Shown here one piece after another: positions 25,001 through 36,274 of a stretch of 64,000 bases of DNA. Within the stretch, counting starts at the first letter, position 1; each line of letters opens with the position of its first letter. The DNA comes from Octopus bimaculoides. Taxonomy: Eukaryota. The stretch is from positions 4,029,382-4,093,381 of the forward strand of contig NC_069001.1 of the NCBI RefSeq assembly GCF_001194135.2, written 5' to 3'. The translations under genes were made by a program, and so were the position numbers. The notes under the pieces are model-generated. The model was not told the origin of the DNA and ran no database searches. It saw nothing but the letters and a program-made list of their open reading frames with translations.

Positions 25001-26769
25001 AAGCATCAGTGTGCAGAGATCTATTTTCCGTGTGTAAATAAAGAATTTAAAAATTAAGCCTTCGATGAACAATAAAACATAGAAATGGAACCTTCAGCAT
25101 CCGACAGGGATACAATTTATCATGAATGGTAACTATAGCATTATGTGGAACGGTAGACGTTAATTGAGGGGAAGCTGGCTGGCGAGTTGGAGTTTGGTGA
25201 ATTTTATTGGTGTTGAAAAAGCCAATAAGGGGTGCTATTCGCTGTTCATAGATGTGCATATGTTTATCGAACAAAATACGAGTGAACAGAACAGGTGAAC
25301 AAACGATGGCGAGATGTATACTGTAATGAACGAAGTCACGGTAAAGGTTGTTTGTGTTAGGTGAACCTCTTAGACTTGCTGAGCCCTATTTGAAGTTACA
25401 CCTAATTATTGACCACACCCAATTATTCCGACCCTTCACTATTATCCACACAGTACTGTCATTTCCGAGATGCAATATCATATAATGGTGTTGCTTGCTA
25501 GACACGGCATGGATAGGGATCAATGGTGATAGCAAATCGAACGGAAAAGCATGCATAAGGCATGCAAGATGCGAATGAAATTGTATAAAGTTATTACCTC
25601 TTATCCGGAACTCTCAAGCAACCGGTTTCAAGGGAAAATAAAGTTTTGTAAATTAGAGTCAAAACAATTTGTATTAATTAACTGTCCTTATAAGAAAGTT
25701 TCTACTGCATATTTCACTGCATTTACAGTACCTGCATTTTATTTGGTTAATGAAGCTTGTTATTTAATTAAATGAAATTATATCTTCATTTGTATTTCGT
25801 TTCTACTATATGCAGAATATTAATTTTATATATATAAATCGAGAGAGAGAGAGGGGAGTTTTAAAATTTGTAAGGCGCTATGGTAATTTAAAAAGTGATG
25901 ATCAGATATACGGAAAATTCAGTTATCCAGCCACACTCCGATCCCTGTGGTGCTGGATAGGCGGGAGTTTACTTTGTGTATGTGTGTGTACATTTTGACG
26001 TCCAGGAATTACTGGACAATTTTATTCAGAGGCGGCGGAGATGTATGTTTTGAAAGAGATTTGGCTGCTTTATCTAGCAAATCAAGTAATCATAACTATT
26101 ATGTATGCTCCTCCTGCATTGGTTCATGTACAGGGCAGTGTTATTGTTTAACCCCGGGTCACTGAGCGAATAGACCTTATGATTAACGGCAGAGCAAGCA
26201 CGACTGTTTCTTCGTTCACCAAGACACTATATTAACCAGTTGTTTGGTTAAGATAGTAACTTCTAATTTGAGGGAGATTTGGCTAATATTTCTAGCAGGG
26301 TGAGATGTTAATGCAGAGCCCAGGACCGTCTCAGCAGCATTATAGGCCACCGGGGAAACCAAGAATCTTGGCCCTATTGATTTATTGGCAGCAAACCACA
26401 GCATACATAAATCATAAGTAAGCCCCTAGGCAACTGCCCTGTGTGCCCATATCTTAAGAGGACACCGATACTGGCTGTTGTTCACTTGGACATTGGTGAT
26501 TCAGGGGATGAAATAACAGATAAAGGACTCAATACTCGATTTGAACAGGACTGGTCAGGTAAGGTAAATAAATATGGATGATTATGGACAGTACTATGGT
26601 GAGATGGTCAAAAAAATAAGCAGAATTTGCCGCGGAGGTAAAGAATACGTACACCACCCTGCTTTCGGCGTAACAAAAACACTAACCCTAAACACCGGGT
26701 GTACGTATTCTTTACTTTCGCCAAATTTGCTTCATGTTGAGGACAGTAGCGGTAGCTAGAACTGATGAT

Positions 26770-27923
26770 TCAGTTGTGATGTAATAACTGGAGATTGAAA
26801 GAAGAAAACAAGAGACATGTGAATGACATCGAGAAGTAAGAAAACAACAAAGTGTCGCCAAAGAAAGTCTATACACAACAGATGATAAATATATTGATTT
26901 ATAACTGAGATGGTTAATAATGCCTGCCGGACTTCGCTTTATTGTAAATAGATCTAGGTTTTAAGAGGGTTTAGATATTAAACAAAGACAACACATTGAT
27001 GAGACTTATTGGTTGTTACACTATATTAAAATGTTCGATTTCGTTTATCTTTGTGGAAACAAAACAAATCTTTGAGTTGGAAAAGTGACTCGTAAATAAT
27101 AAAGGGACAGAGAGAAAGAGAAAGGAAGAATAAAGCGTTTGTCTGTGTCTGTCTATGCGTGTNNNNNNNNNNNNNNNNNNNNNNNNNNNNNNNNNNNNNN
27201 NNNNNNNNNNNNNNNNNNNNNNNNNNNNNNNNNNNNNNNNNNNNNNNNNNNNNNNNNNNNNNNNNNNNNNNNNNNNNNNNNNNNNNNNNNNNNNNNNNNN
27301 NNNNNNNNNNNNNNNNNNNNNNNNNNNNNNNNNNNNNNNNNNNNNNNNNNNNNNNNNNNNNNNNNNNNNNNNNNNNNNNNNNNNNNNNNNNNNNNNNNNN
27401 NNNNNNNNNNNNNNNNNNNNNNNNNNNNNNNNNNNNNNNNNNNNNNNNNNNNNNNNNNNNNNNNNNNNNNNNNNNNNNNNNNNNNNNNNNNNNNNNNNNN
27501 NNNNNNNNNNNNNNNNNNNNNNNNNNNNNNNNNNNNNNNNNNNNNNNNNNNNNNNNNNNGATATATAATTGTGTTTTAAACATATAATCTTAATAATATA
27601 CTTGCTTTGTTTTCACATTCTAAGAATAACTTTTAAAAGTTTATAAATCAAGTATTGTTTACATGTATATAAATAAACAATATTTGTTGCAACTTTTTTT
27701 TTTCCTTCCGATAGTTATTAGTGTGACGGGAAGGGAGACGGACTAGTTTCGTTTCGTTTGTATCAAAGTTTTTATATAGTCTAATGTTGTAATTATATAA
27801 ACCGGATGTATATATCCCCGACTATATAAAGCGCGTGAGTACGTGTTTCGGTCATTTGCGGAGCAGTTTGTTGGCTGTTGCTGAGGTATGTGCTTTATAA
27901 GTCAATCAGCAAGACTGGGGGGG
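26770..27923 (+). repeat. Near-identical segmental duplicate B (promoter plus first exon of snoRNA host copy 2; includes N gap 27163-27560)
   Basis: Matches 15150-16272; offset after the gaps is 11650 bp. Confidence 0.9.
27823..27891 (+). promoter_or_regulatory. Pol II core promoter of snoRNA host gene copy 2
   Basis: TATATAAA 27823-30, Inr TCATTT (A+1 27854), exon 27854-27885, donor GTATGT; identical to copy 1. Confidence 0.7.
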
Positions 27924-28466
27924 AAATCATAGCAATATTAAGATATCTTAAGTTGGAAACGATCTCACTTTAAACTACTTAATTTTAGAATTTAATAAGT
28001 TAGGCGATCTTACGTTTATTTAGGAGGAACAGTATGGATGTGAGACAATGGCGACATCGACATCTTAATTTCATTGCATACATACGCATTATTTTAATTA
28101 GTTGAATATTAGTTTCATTCAGTATGAAGTAATGTAAATCTTATCTAAAATATAAAGATCAATTAGTAATTTTAAAGGCGACTTTTCATTTCACTGTCGC
28201 TTGATATCCAATTCATGGATTTCATTTTATTTAAAACATCGTTTTCTTATGGTAATTAGGATTCTCTTTCGAATTTTAATTTCTTAGTTAATCGATCGGT
28301 AGGATTCTTTTTAAAAGTTTAATTTCTTTATTAGTGAATCGATCGGTGAACAATCGAGGCGCCCTGCGGAAAATTGGCGGCAACCATAACCACGTGGTGT
28401 CGTCTATTGCATATCTTCAGAAAACTACTACACGTGGTGGCCTTCTGATTTAGTATTACTGCAGCT

Positions 28467-28590
28467 ATTTCGATGATGACACGATGACGAGTCTGAGGGC
28501 AATTTGCTTTCTTCGTGGTACAGTTTTTGTACTTTTGAAGTTGAGTTAACTGCCATATCTGCTGCTTTTAGAGGCATTTGTCTGAGAAAT
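28467..28590 (+). ncRNA. SNORD15: C/D box snoRNA, U15/SNORD15 family, copy 2 (canonical double guide)
   Basis: Stem ATTTC/GAAAT, C ATGATGA 28473-79, D' guide GATGACGAG plus CTGA 28493-96 (pairs with 28S CUCGUCAUC), D guide GAGGCATTTG plus CTGA 28582-85. Both ends match recalled vertebrate U15 (GATGACGAGTCTGA...TAGAGGCATTTGTCTGAG). Confidence 0.88.
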
Positions 28591-29049
28591 GGCTGCTTTC
28601 AATGCTTCATTCATACTATGCCCCGAGTAGTCTTTCTAATTAATCTCTGGAACTCGATCTATTTTACGTCACGAATTGGCATGCTTTTTCGAGAAGCAGG
28701 CCGCACTATAAGAAAATCGGGGTAATTTTTAGTTAGGTGCGCAGTTAAGGAGTCATGCGAGCTCTATATAATATAATACTAATGGTAATTTTTCGCTAGG
28801 CGTCCTATTGTCGTAGTGAGAAATAGTAATTTTTCGTTAGGCATTCCATTTAAAGTCCCGCAGGTTCCCTCGTAATTGATTTACAGTAAATCTTTCTGCG
28901 TTTTCTCTTTTTTAGTTGGGGTTAGCAAGAATGTATCTGGTGTTCAGCTAGCAGTATTTATAGTTTTGATAATTATTAGTTTAAAACAAAATGCCTATTA
29001 GAGGTTATTTGTGTGGTTGAATTTTAATAAGGTCTACGATCGTGCTGTG

Positions 29050-29118
29050 TGCCCTGATGAGTTCTTGGACTAGAGTCTCTGAAAAATTTCTATTTGAAGA
29101 CAAACTGTCCGCTGAGCA
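29050..29118 (+). ncRNA. SNORD52: C/D box snoRNA, U52/snR78-like
   Basis: C TGATGA 29055-60, D' guide GGACTAGAGTC (pairs with 28S GACUCUAGUC; the +5 rule hits the U of GAC[U]CUAG), D' CTGA 29079-82, C' TTGAAGA, D CTGA 29112-15. An outer stem GTGCTGT/ACAGCAC is present. Confidence 0.75.
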
Positions 29119-29697
29119 AGTAATACAGCACCTTTCGTTATCTGTCGATCATGCCATGTTTGTTCACGTGGTGTATAAATTAGTAGTAAGCTTCGCGAGT
29201 CATTCATACCGCAATCGGGTCTGTATCGCAGCTTAAATTTTTTTACTTTCTCGGTCACTTTAGTTAAGTTAGTCGTTCTTTTTCCTGCACGACCATTATT
29301 TTTAAACAGGGTATGATTTGGTTGCTATTTTTAGCAGAAGTGGGTTTCCGTATTTTTTACCCTCTGAAAATGTTCATGGACTGGGTGTTTAGTTTCAACG
29401 GGTTCACTTTTATTCTACTCTAGAATCGTTTTTGATTAGTTCATTTCTAAATATTTCGATTTATTTGGTCGACTACATAGTGCAGTGTTGATAATTGGCG
29501 CTGATTTTTTTTTAAATTTAGATATACTGAAATGGTTTACGACGATTACCTTTTCGTTCATGAATAGGGTCAGATACTTCGTCTTTATGCCGGCATTNNN
29601 NNNNNNNNNNNNNNNNNNNNNNNNNNNNNNNNNNNNNNNNNNNNNNNNNNNNNNNNNNNNNNNNNNNNNNNNNNNNNNNNNNNNNNNNNNNNNNNNN

Positions 29698-29748
29698 CGA
29701 CTGATTTCCTTGACGATTAGTCCTTTTGCCCCTATCTGATTTGGGACA
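29698..29748 (+). ncRNA. C/D box snoRNA family B, copy 3 (5' part hidden in N gap 29598-29697)
   Basis: CGA-CTGA, C' TTGACGA, extended guide GATTAGTCCTTTTGCCCCTAT (vs 28S AUAGGGGCGAAAGACUAAUC), D CTGA 29736-39. Confidence 0.75.
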
Positions 29749-30084
29749 TTTCATTAGTTTCTAACATCCGTTTTTCGTGCTAGCATGGGTTGGGCAGTTT
29801 GACCAGACCTGGTAAGGACTGGCCGCATGAGGCTCCAACGTGGCGGTAGCAGTATATATATCCACGTGCTAGGGTGGATCGAAGAGGCGCATTTTTCAAT
29901 GAAATTCGATTTTTGGTACAGATGTAAGTAAAGGTATTCATTCTCGTATTAATAAATTGTAACATTGAATCGATACTTCGAAAAATAGGGTGGTTTCGTA
30001 TGATGAATGACGTATGTGCATATGTGCTTGCAATAGTTTTGGTTCTTCTATGAAATGTTTTTATTGTTTAGAATAAGCAAAATT

Positions 30085-30175
30085 TCTGATATGATGATGA
30101 ACACTAGGTCGGAGTACTGTGCTATCTCTAGCAGTGATGACACCTCTACTCGTTCATTTTTTTCTGAATATCAGA
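30085..30175 (+). ncRNA. C/D box snoRNA family A, copy 3
   Basis: Stem TCTGATAT/ATATCAGA, C ATGATGA 30094-100, CGGA 30110-13, C' GTGATGA 30134-40, D CTGA 30164-67. Confidence 0.8.
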
Positions 30176-33100
30176 GGCTTATTCGGTGCAGCATAAAGAC
30201 TTGCCATGTTTTACACGGCCAGTGGGATGGAGCTTTTGAGTTCCGGAAAATGTCCATTCTGTGAGAATGCCAGTGTGTAACAAATTTTGTGCTGTTCGAG
30301 GTGGGGGGTATGAAAAGTTCATAGGCTAACAATGAGTGATGTTAGAGCTGTGAGATCTTCCATACATCAATTTCAACCTTTATTTATAACGACATACTTT
30401 CTTTCCAGGTAAACTTGACATTTGGCTCTTCAAACAAGGCTTAAGAAAATAACTGGTACTGACTTTTGAGATAGGACGAAATTTGTTATCAAATACCTGA
30501 TATTGGTGTGGTTGCTACATCAAGGGGGCACTCCAGCTTTGCTAACAGTGCAAAAGTGAGCAGCTGAATTCCAGAGGGGAGGCAAGAGTCTCAGATTACC
30601 CAAGGGCCAGATGTCCCACAACTGCCCCAACCCTGGGTTCTCATTCCTAAGTTTTTCAATATGTATCTCCATGCAGGAATTGCTAGATGTATTTATTGCA
30701 AAGAGTTTCTTTCTCTAATGCTTTACATAGTTTAACCCTACATAAGTTAATGTGTGAGTAACTAAACAGGAATTTTGAGAGAAGTGTATGTAAAATTAGT
30801 TTAGTATACATCATGGCTATGGGGATCCATAAATAGAAAAAGAATGGTCAAGAACCACTAGGATTGGATGCTAGACTAGAGTATTGAATTTAATTCAACA
30901 ACACAAATGCTGGTCCCAGTATGTTGCTGACCACTAAACTCTTACCCTATAGTGTAATCCTTAAGTTGAATAATCCACATTGACTGCAGCTTGTATTCTG
31001 TTGCGTAAACCTGTTAACACACTCATATTCTCTGCAGTAAAATTTAGTTGTCTTCATTAAAAGCCTGGTCCGGTTTATAGCTAATAAAAATCAAGAGACT
31101 CCATATGTCTATTTGTAAGAGCTGGTCTTTTGGAGCATGCTTGTCCATACCGTCTCAACTTTCACCTAGGCATTGTTAGTTTAAGTATCCTAGCATCTGC
31201 TCTGCTCTCACACATCCTGAGTTTTAGAGGTTACTAAAATTAGAGCCATTTGGAATAAGGACTTCTCCCTCAGGCAGATTGTATGAAGCCTGTGTGTGTG
31301 GACAGATATACTACATGGCAGTGAAACAGATTAACTGCAGAGGACATGTGAAGGCTTGAAATGAAGCCAGCATGTTGTGGATGTGCTGGTATGGCACTGA
31401 TTTGTATGAATGAAAACAGCTACATAATGAAGTGGTGAGAAATAGTATTACATTTGACAGTAATCTAGATGTTTACGGATTAGCAAAGTATAGAACCAAC
31501 AGGGAGACTAGTTGCTTGACTTGCTAAAAATAGCTACATCAACCCCTTTCAAAATAGATTTGAGTTTTTTTTATTGCATAGGAAAAATGAGATGTGATGG
31601 ACCATTGTTGGCATCATGTTGACCATAAGGTTCCTAAACTTTTTCAAGCTGCAACCCCTTTGACACCCCAACTAACCATAACAAACACACCTCTCTCAAG
31701 CAAATTCAAAGCAATTGTATTTCACAAATAAAACTTAACCTAATAAACCCATTATTTTGTTGTTTTTACATGAATCACGACCCCATTATCACCCCACTTT
31801 TCTTCAATGCCTCCAGGGGGTGCAAAACCACTGATGTAGGGTAATGGAGCCCAAGATGTCATCAGGCTATTCAATCAGAAGTGACCTAGGGTTAAAGAAC
31901 AATGTTTAAATCTTTACTCTGCTTGTGTTCTCAGAATTGGAGTTATTTTAAATACTGAACAGGAGGCTGATTTCCAGAGGGTATTCCAGACGCATCATTT
32001 AACATCCACATTTTTGCAGGGGTGGTCTCCAGGCTTAGGTCAACCCAGGGATAGAGTTGAAATCACTGGGTCATAATATACTGAACTCGAAACCATGTGG
32101 TTGGGAAGAAACCTAATAACACAGCCACACTCGTACCTATATTAACGATGAAGACAGTAATTTCTACCACACTAAGCAAGTGTGCTAGTTTGACCATATA
32201 CCTGGCTAACAAATGAACATAGCTATGGTGTAGAGGAAAATAAGCCATCCACTGGTGTTATGGGCTCAAAGGGTTAATTTGAATTACAGCATAGCTAATC
32301 CAGACGATTAGAATCTGATTTGTGAGGGTAAGAAATGAATCACTAATGCATTCTTTGTACAGAAATTACAAGAACAAATCACTATATTCGGAGAAGACAT
32401 TTCATGAAGCTCTGCTGTGTAATCTGAATTTGGTGGGTTTTAGATGAAAGATTTACAGAAATGCAGCACTTGTACATGAAATGAAGGAATAAATTTACAA
32501 TTTAGCATGCACTAACACAGACCAGGTCATTAATTTCACAGCATAGACTCACATACTGCCTGCTACTGTATCTGTAAAGGATCGAGTTTAAGTAATCAAT
32601 AAAACAATAATTTGGGTTTAAAAAGTGTTTAATATAAAATGAATACAAAACACTGATTTTAAAAACTGACAAAGTAAAAAGGAACAAACAAGTGAAATAA
32701 ATGAGCAAAAATACAGAAATGTCCAACTAGGTTTTCTTATTTCAAATGGTGTAAAAATTCAAATCTTATATTGGTAAATTGAATACAGAAGAATGCATGT
32801 GTGTATATGTATTTGGTTACATATAAATTTTACAAAATGGGAGGAAACATTAAAAAATGGAATTCCATTTAAAGTAAAGAGAATTTTGTGTTAGTATATA
32901 AAAAAAAATTGGGTATTAACATTGAATAGAACACTTTACAAATCAGCAATAATATAGAGCAAGCCCTACACAGAAAGTCTTTGTATTAAATATATTGAAA
33001 TGACCAAATATTTAATTAAAAACAAGTCAGGTTTTGGGGGGTTTTTTTGTTTTTTTTTCTAAACTGAACAAGAGTTAAAACATTTAAAGAACTTTGGGAA

Positions 33101-34384
33101 AATATATTAAGAACTGATGTTAATTTTTCAGTTGGAGGTATAAGGTAACAAAAACAAAATATTAATAGCTAAGGAGGTGGTATGGTTCTTGAAGAAGAAC
33201 ATCAAAATTGAAGTTTCAATTGTTCCCTGGTTCCAAATATAAAATCCAGAGCATCTATTAGAAGTCATTAGAAAAGCAAGGACTTGTTCGGATACATACA
33301 TACATACATACGGAACAAGCAGAAAAAAATTGGATTATGAACAACCCCTGGAGTTTAACATTTTGACCAAGCACAAGAGAGAAACTAAATTGCATTTTAT
33401 ATTTAAGAATTCTACTGGTACTTAGTTTGACTTCAACAGGAATAAATAGCAAAGTTACCATCCACTTCTCAGAATTTAACTTGTGGCTCTATCATTCTTA
33501 ATGACAATGAAAAATGTTCCAATTATAATTCACACTCAATGAAACAAACATTAAAAATATTTTAACTCTTAGAGTAAAAAATACCTTTACAAGAAGTTGG
33601 GGGGAGAGGGACTATCAATAAGATAATGTAAAAATTTTACAAAAATGTCAGGTTAGTCTAATAAACAGCAACAAACTTTTTTTTATATTTTTTTCTTTTA
33701 AGTGTTTGGTTTGAGAAATGCAACGAATATTTCTGGGAGCACTGAAATAACTCAGAATGTAACAAAAAGCGCAAACAAATGAAATATAGTAGTACTTAGG
33801 TTTTTAGAGGCTACCTGCCTTATCTAAATATAATGTCAGGAGTAACATATATTTCATACATTAAAATCAAAATCTCAAAGAAATTTATATATATAAATAT
33901 ATATATATAGTAAGAAAAAATTTCGTTAAAAAATTAAAAGGTACTTTCATATAAAGACAGCCAGTTTCGCTGTTTCTTTTTATTTATTTACTAAAGGGTT
34001 AGTAAATAGACTATTCCACTTGTGGAGTTAGTCGGCGGACTTCTGGAATAAACTACCACTACCTTATGGGGGAAATTACCAGTAGAAATTTAGTGGAAAA
34101 GGACACAGAATTGGAGAGTGAAAATGTTAAAATTGGGCAAAAAATTCTTTCACAGAAAGAATCACCCAATTCCTTAACCTTTTCCTTCAGCATAAGGTCG
34201 TGATAGCTAATTCCTAAAGTCTGCCAACTAGCATCTCACGAGTGTAATAGTTTATCAACTAATCCTTTAGTAAATAAATTGGCCATCGATAACAGGAAAG
34301 TACCGATAAAAATGTTCTAGTCCCTCTCCTCACGAAAATATTTTGAACCTACCACTTTAAATGGTAAGCAACAGACCGAGTCTG

Positions 34385-36274
34385 CTATTGAGATGGCAAC
34401 GTGTTGCCTGAATATTGAACATTTTGCATATAAGCAATACATGGAATAAATGGAGTTTGAGAAGACTGACCAGTGGCTGTGGCGAAGTTCTGTGGGTACA
34501 TAGTATATAGCTGGTGGGTGTAGGTGTGTTGTGCCGGATAATATACAGGTGTACTGTGCACGGGAGCGGTCATAGACGAATTATAGCGAAAAGAGGATAC
34601 TGACTGGGGTACAGAAGTAGAAGTTACGTTAGTGTTTTGTAACATACTAACAGCTTTGTGGTACTCAAAACCGAGGTTGTAGAAGTATCTTAAAGTAGCC
34701 AAATCCGAGAAAGGTAAGTCTCTTCCGCACGGGTCTTGAGAAACTCCAAAGTTGAAATTTACCAAATTGTTCGCTCGCTCCAAATAAGGAATCCAAATGT
34801 GAGGATTTATAGAAATTCGTGAAGTCATATTTACGGGTGCTGATAGAGAAGTCGGGTTATTGTTTACATTGGTAAGAGGTGGTTGATCACCAGTTACAAA
34901 CATGCTACCGCTCGAAGAGTCATCAGCGCTTACCAATGTCGGCGGTAGAGACGAAGTCGCCAACATTTCGGTATTTGATTGGTCATATTCTAGCTGCTTA
35001 CAGTAATGGCATTCACAAATAGCATTTTCATTGAAGTTATTTAAAGATTTATCGCTATTTACTTTCTCTGCAACATAGTCGTCGTTTTCTGGGTTTGAAC
35101 TCTTAGCATATTTATGAAGACTGCGGGAAAATTTAGCAGCTCTACTAGCCGTATTCAGTTTCTTTTGGGTGTAGATTTTAGCATGGCGACTTCCGACAGA
35201 TTTTTTGACTTTAGTGGAAGTAGTCAAATTACTAGAGACTAATTGACTCGTACCATTCATATGTACAACCATGGTTACTGCTTTTCGGCACTTTCTACCG
35301 GTTTTCAATAGGTACCGTTCATTTGAAGGTACGTGTCTTAAACAGTCGTAAGCAACTTGGCATTTCTTACCAAGTTCTTCTACATATACCTCAACATGGC
35401 CCTCCGTATCAGTTATTTCTTGAACATGAGCATTATATGTTCGGTCCGTTCCGTCTATTAAAACTTGGCATTTATCTCCCGGCTGAAATTCGGAAAGCCT
35501 TTTCGCCAATAACTCAGCTCTTTTAGCTTCTTGCCAGTTATCGAATTCAACATTCCGAAAAATATCTGGATCCAGTGCTTTGGCAACTCTGTAAGGTAAT
35601 GGAGGACTGGGTTTTTTATTCTCACATTCTTTTCTTGAACCAACACAGTCGAATTCCATATCGTTTTTCTTGTCGCAAGCCAAATTTTTGTTACTTCTAA
35701 CACGCTTGCATTTATTTTGTTTCCGTAGCATATTCACAGCCTCTTCAATTTCGGTGGGCATTTCAAATACGTTGCGGTACAAAATATCATAAATCACAGA
35801 CTGACAGAGAGCTGCTTCAGGTGGGAATGACTTTGAGTAGACACTATCATAGTGAACACCATCAAAAAATAATAAAATTTGCTTGGTATAATCAGTTTTA
35901 GAGATGGAATATATACTATCCATACCAGTATAGATGAAGAAATTTAGTTTGTATACGTCGGACAAGAGTTTAATTTCTGTATAACTTCCACAAACCTCGC
36001 TCTCTTCGAAACTAAAACTTAAATCAACGCAGGTATCTTTGTTGCAGCCACTTGAAAACGAACTACTCGAAGCCAATTTTTCTTCGACAGCCTTCTGTAG
36101 GTGGTCATGGAATGCCTGTGTATTGAACAACTGCTCTGAGACAGCTCTGTAGAAACAGGAACCATCTTTGGGGATAGGTTTTCGCCATAATCCTAAGCTA
36201 TCCAAATATAAATCCACTTCGGTTCTCGGCTTGTTATTAATACTTATAACATTAGACAAGTTGTTGTCCCCCAT
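34385..36274 (-). CDS. OTUD4: OTU-domain deubiquitinase with Tudor domain, OTUD4/ALG13/ovarian tumor (otu) family; single-exon 629 aa
   Basis: OTU motifs KDGSCFYRAVSEQ (D37, C40) and HYDSVY (H141, D143); family motif PPLPYRVAKALDPDIFRNVEFD.W; Tudor-like FQPGDKCQVLID...YNAHVQE...VEVYVEELGKKCQVAY; C-terminal DLP..DLATLRYFYNLG motif; Pro/Tyr/Gln-rich tail. The symbol denotes the family; exact orthology is not established. Confidence 0.9.
   Translation of the reverse strand: MGDNNLSNVISINNKPRTEVDLYLDSLGLWRKPIPKDGSCFYRAVSEQLFNTQAFHDHLQKAVEEKLASSSSFSSGCNKDTCVDLSFSFEESEVCGSYTEIKLLSDVYKLNFFIYTGMDSIYSISKTDYTKQILLFFDGVHYDSVYSKSFPPEAALCQSVIYDILYRNVFEMPTEIEEAVNMLRKQNKCKRVRSNKNLACDKKNDMEFDCVGSRKECENKKPSPPLPYRVAKALDPDIFRNVEFDNWQEAKRAELLAKRLSEFQPGDKCQVLIDGTDRTYNAHVQEITDTEGHVEVYVEELGKKCQVAYDCLRHVPSNERYLLKTGRKCRKAVTMVVHMNGTSQLVSSNLTTSTKVKKSVGSRHAKIYTQKKLNTASRAAKFSRSLHKYAKSSNPENDDYVAEKVNSDKSLNNFNENAICECHYCKQLEYDQSNTEMLATSSLPPTLVSADDSSSGSMFVTGDQPPLTNVNNNPTSLSAPVNMTSRISINPHIWIPYLERANNLVNFNFGVSQDPCGRDLPFSDLATLRYFYNLGFEYHKAVSMLQNTNVTSTSVPQSVSSFRYNSSMTAPVHSTPVYYPAQHTYTHQLYTMYPQNFATATGQSSQTPFIPCIAYMQNVQYSGNTLPSQ

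Larger units (their letters stand above)
27854..30175 (+). ncRNA. Putative non-coding polycistronic snoRNA host gene, copy 2 (3' end not determined)
   Basis: The first exon is followed by U15, U52-like, family B and family A snoRNAs. A candidate internal exon lies at 29784-29811 (branch CTAAC 29761, acceptor TAG 29781-83, donor CTG|GTAAGG). Confidence 0.65.

Noticed and set aside
30000-30060. ATGATGA C-box-like motif upstream of family A copy 3
   Set aside because: No matching D box or stem, and no counterpart in copy 1.
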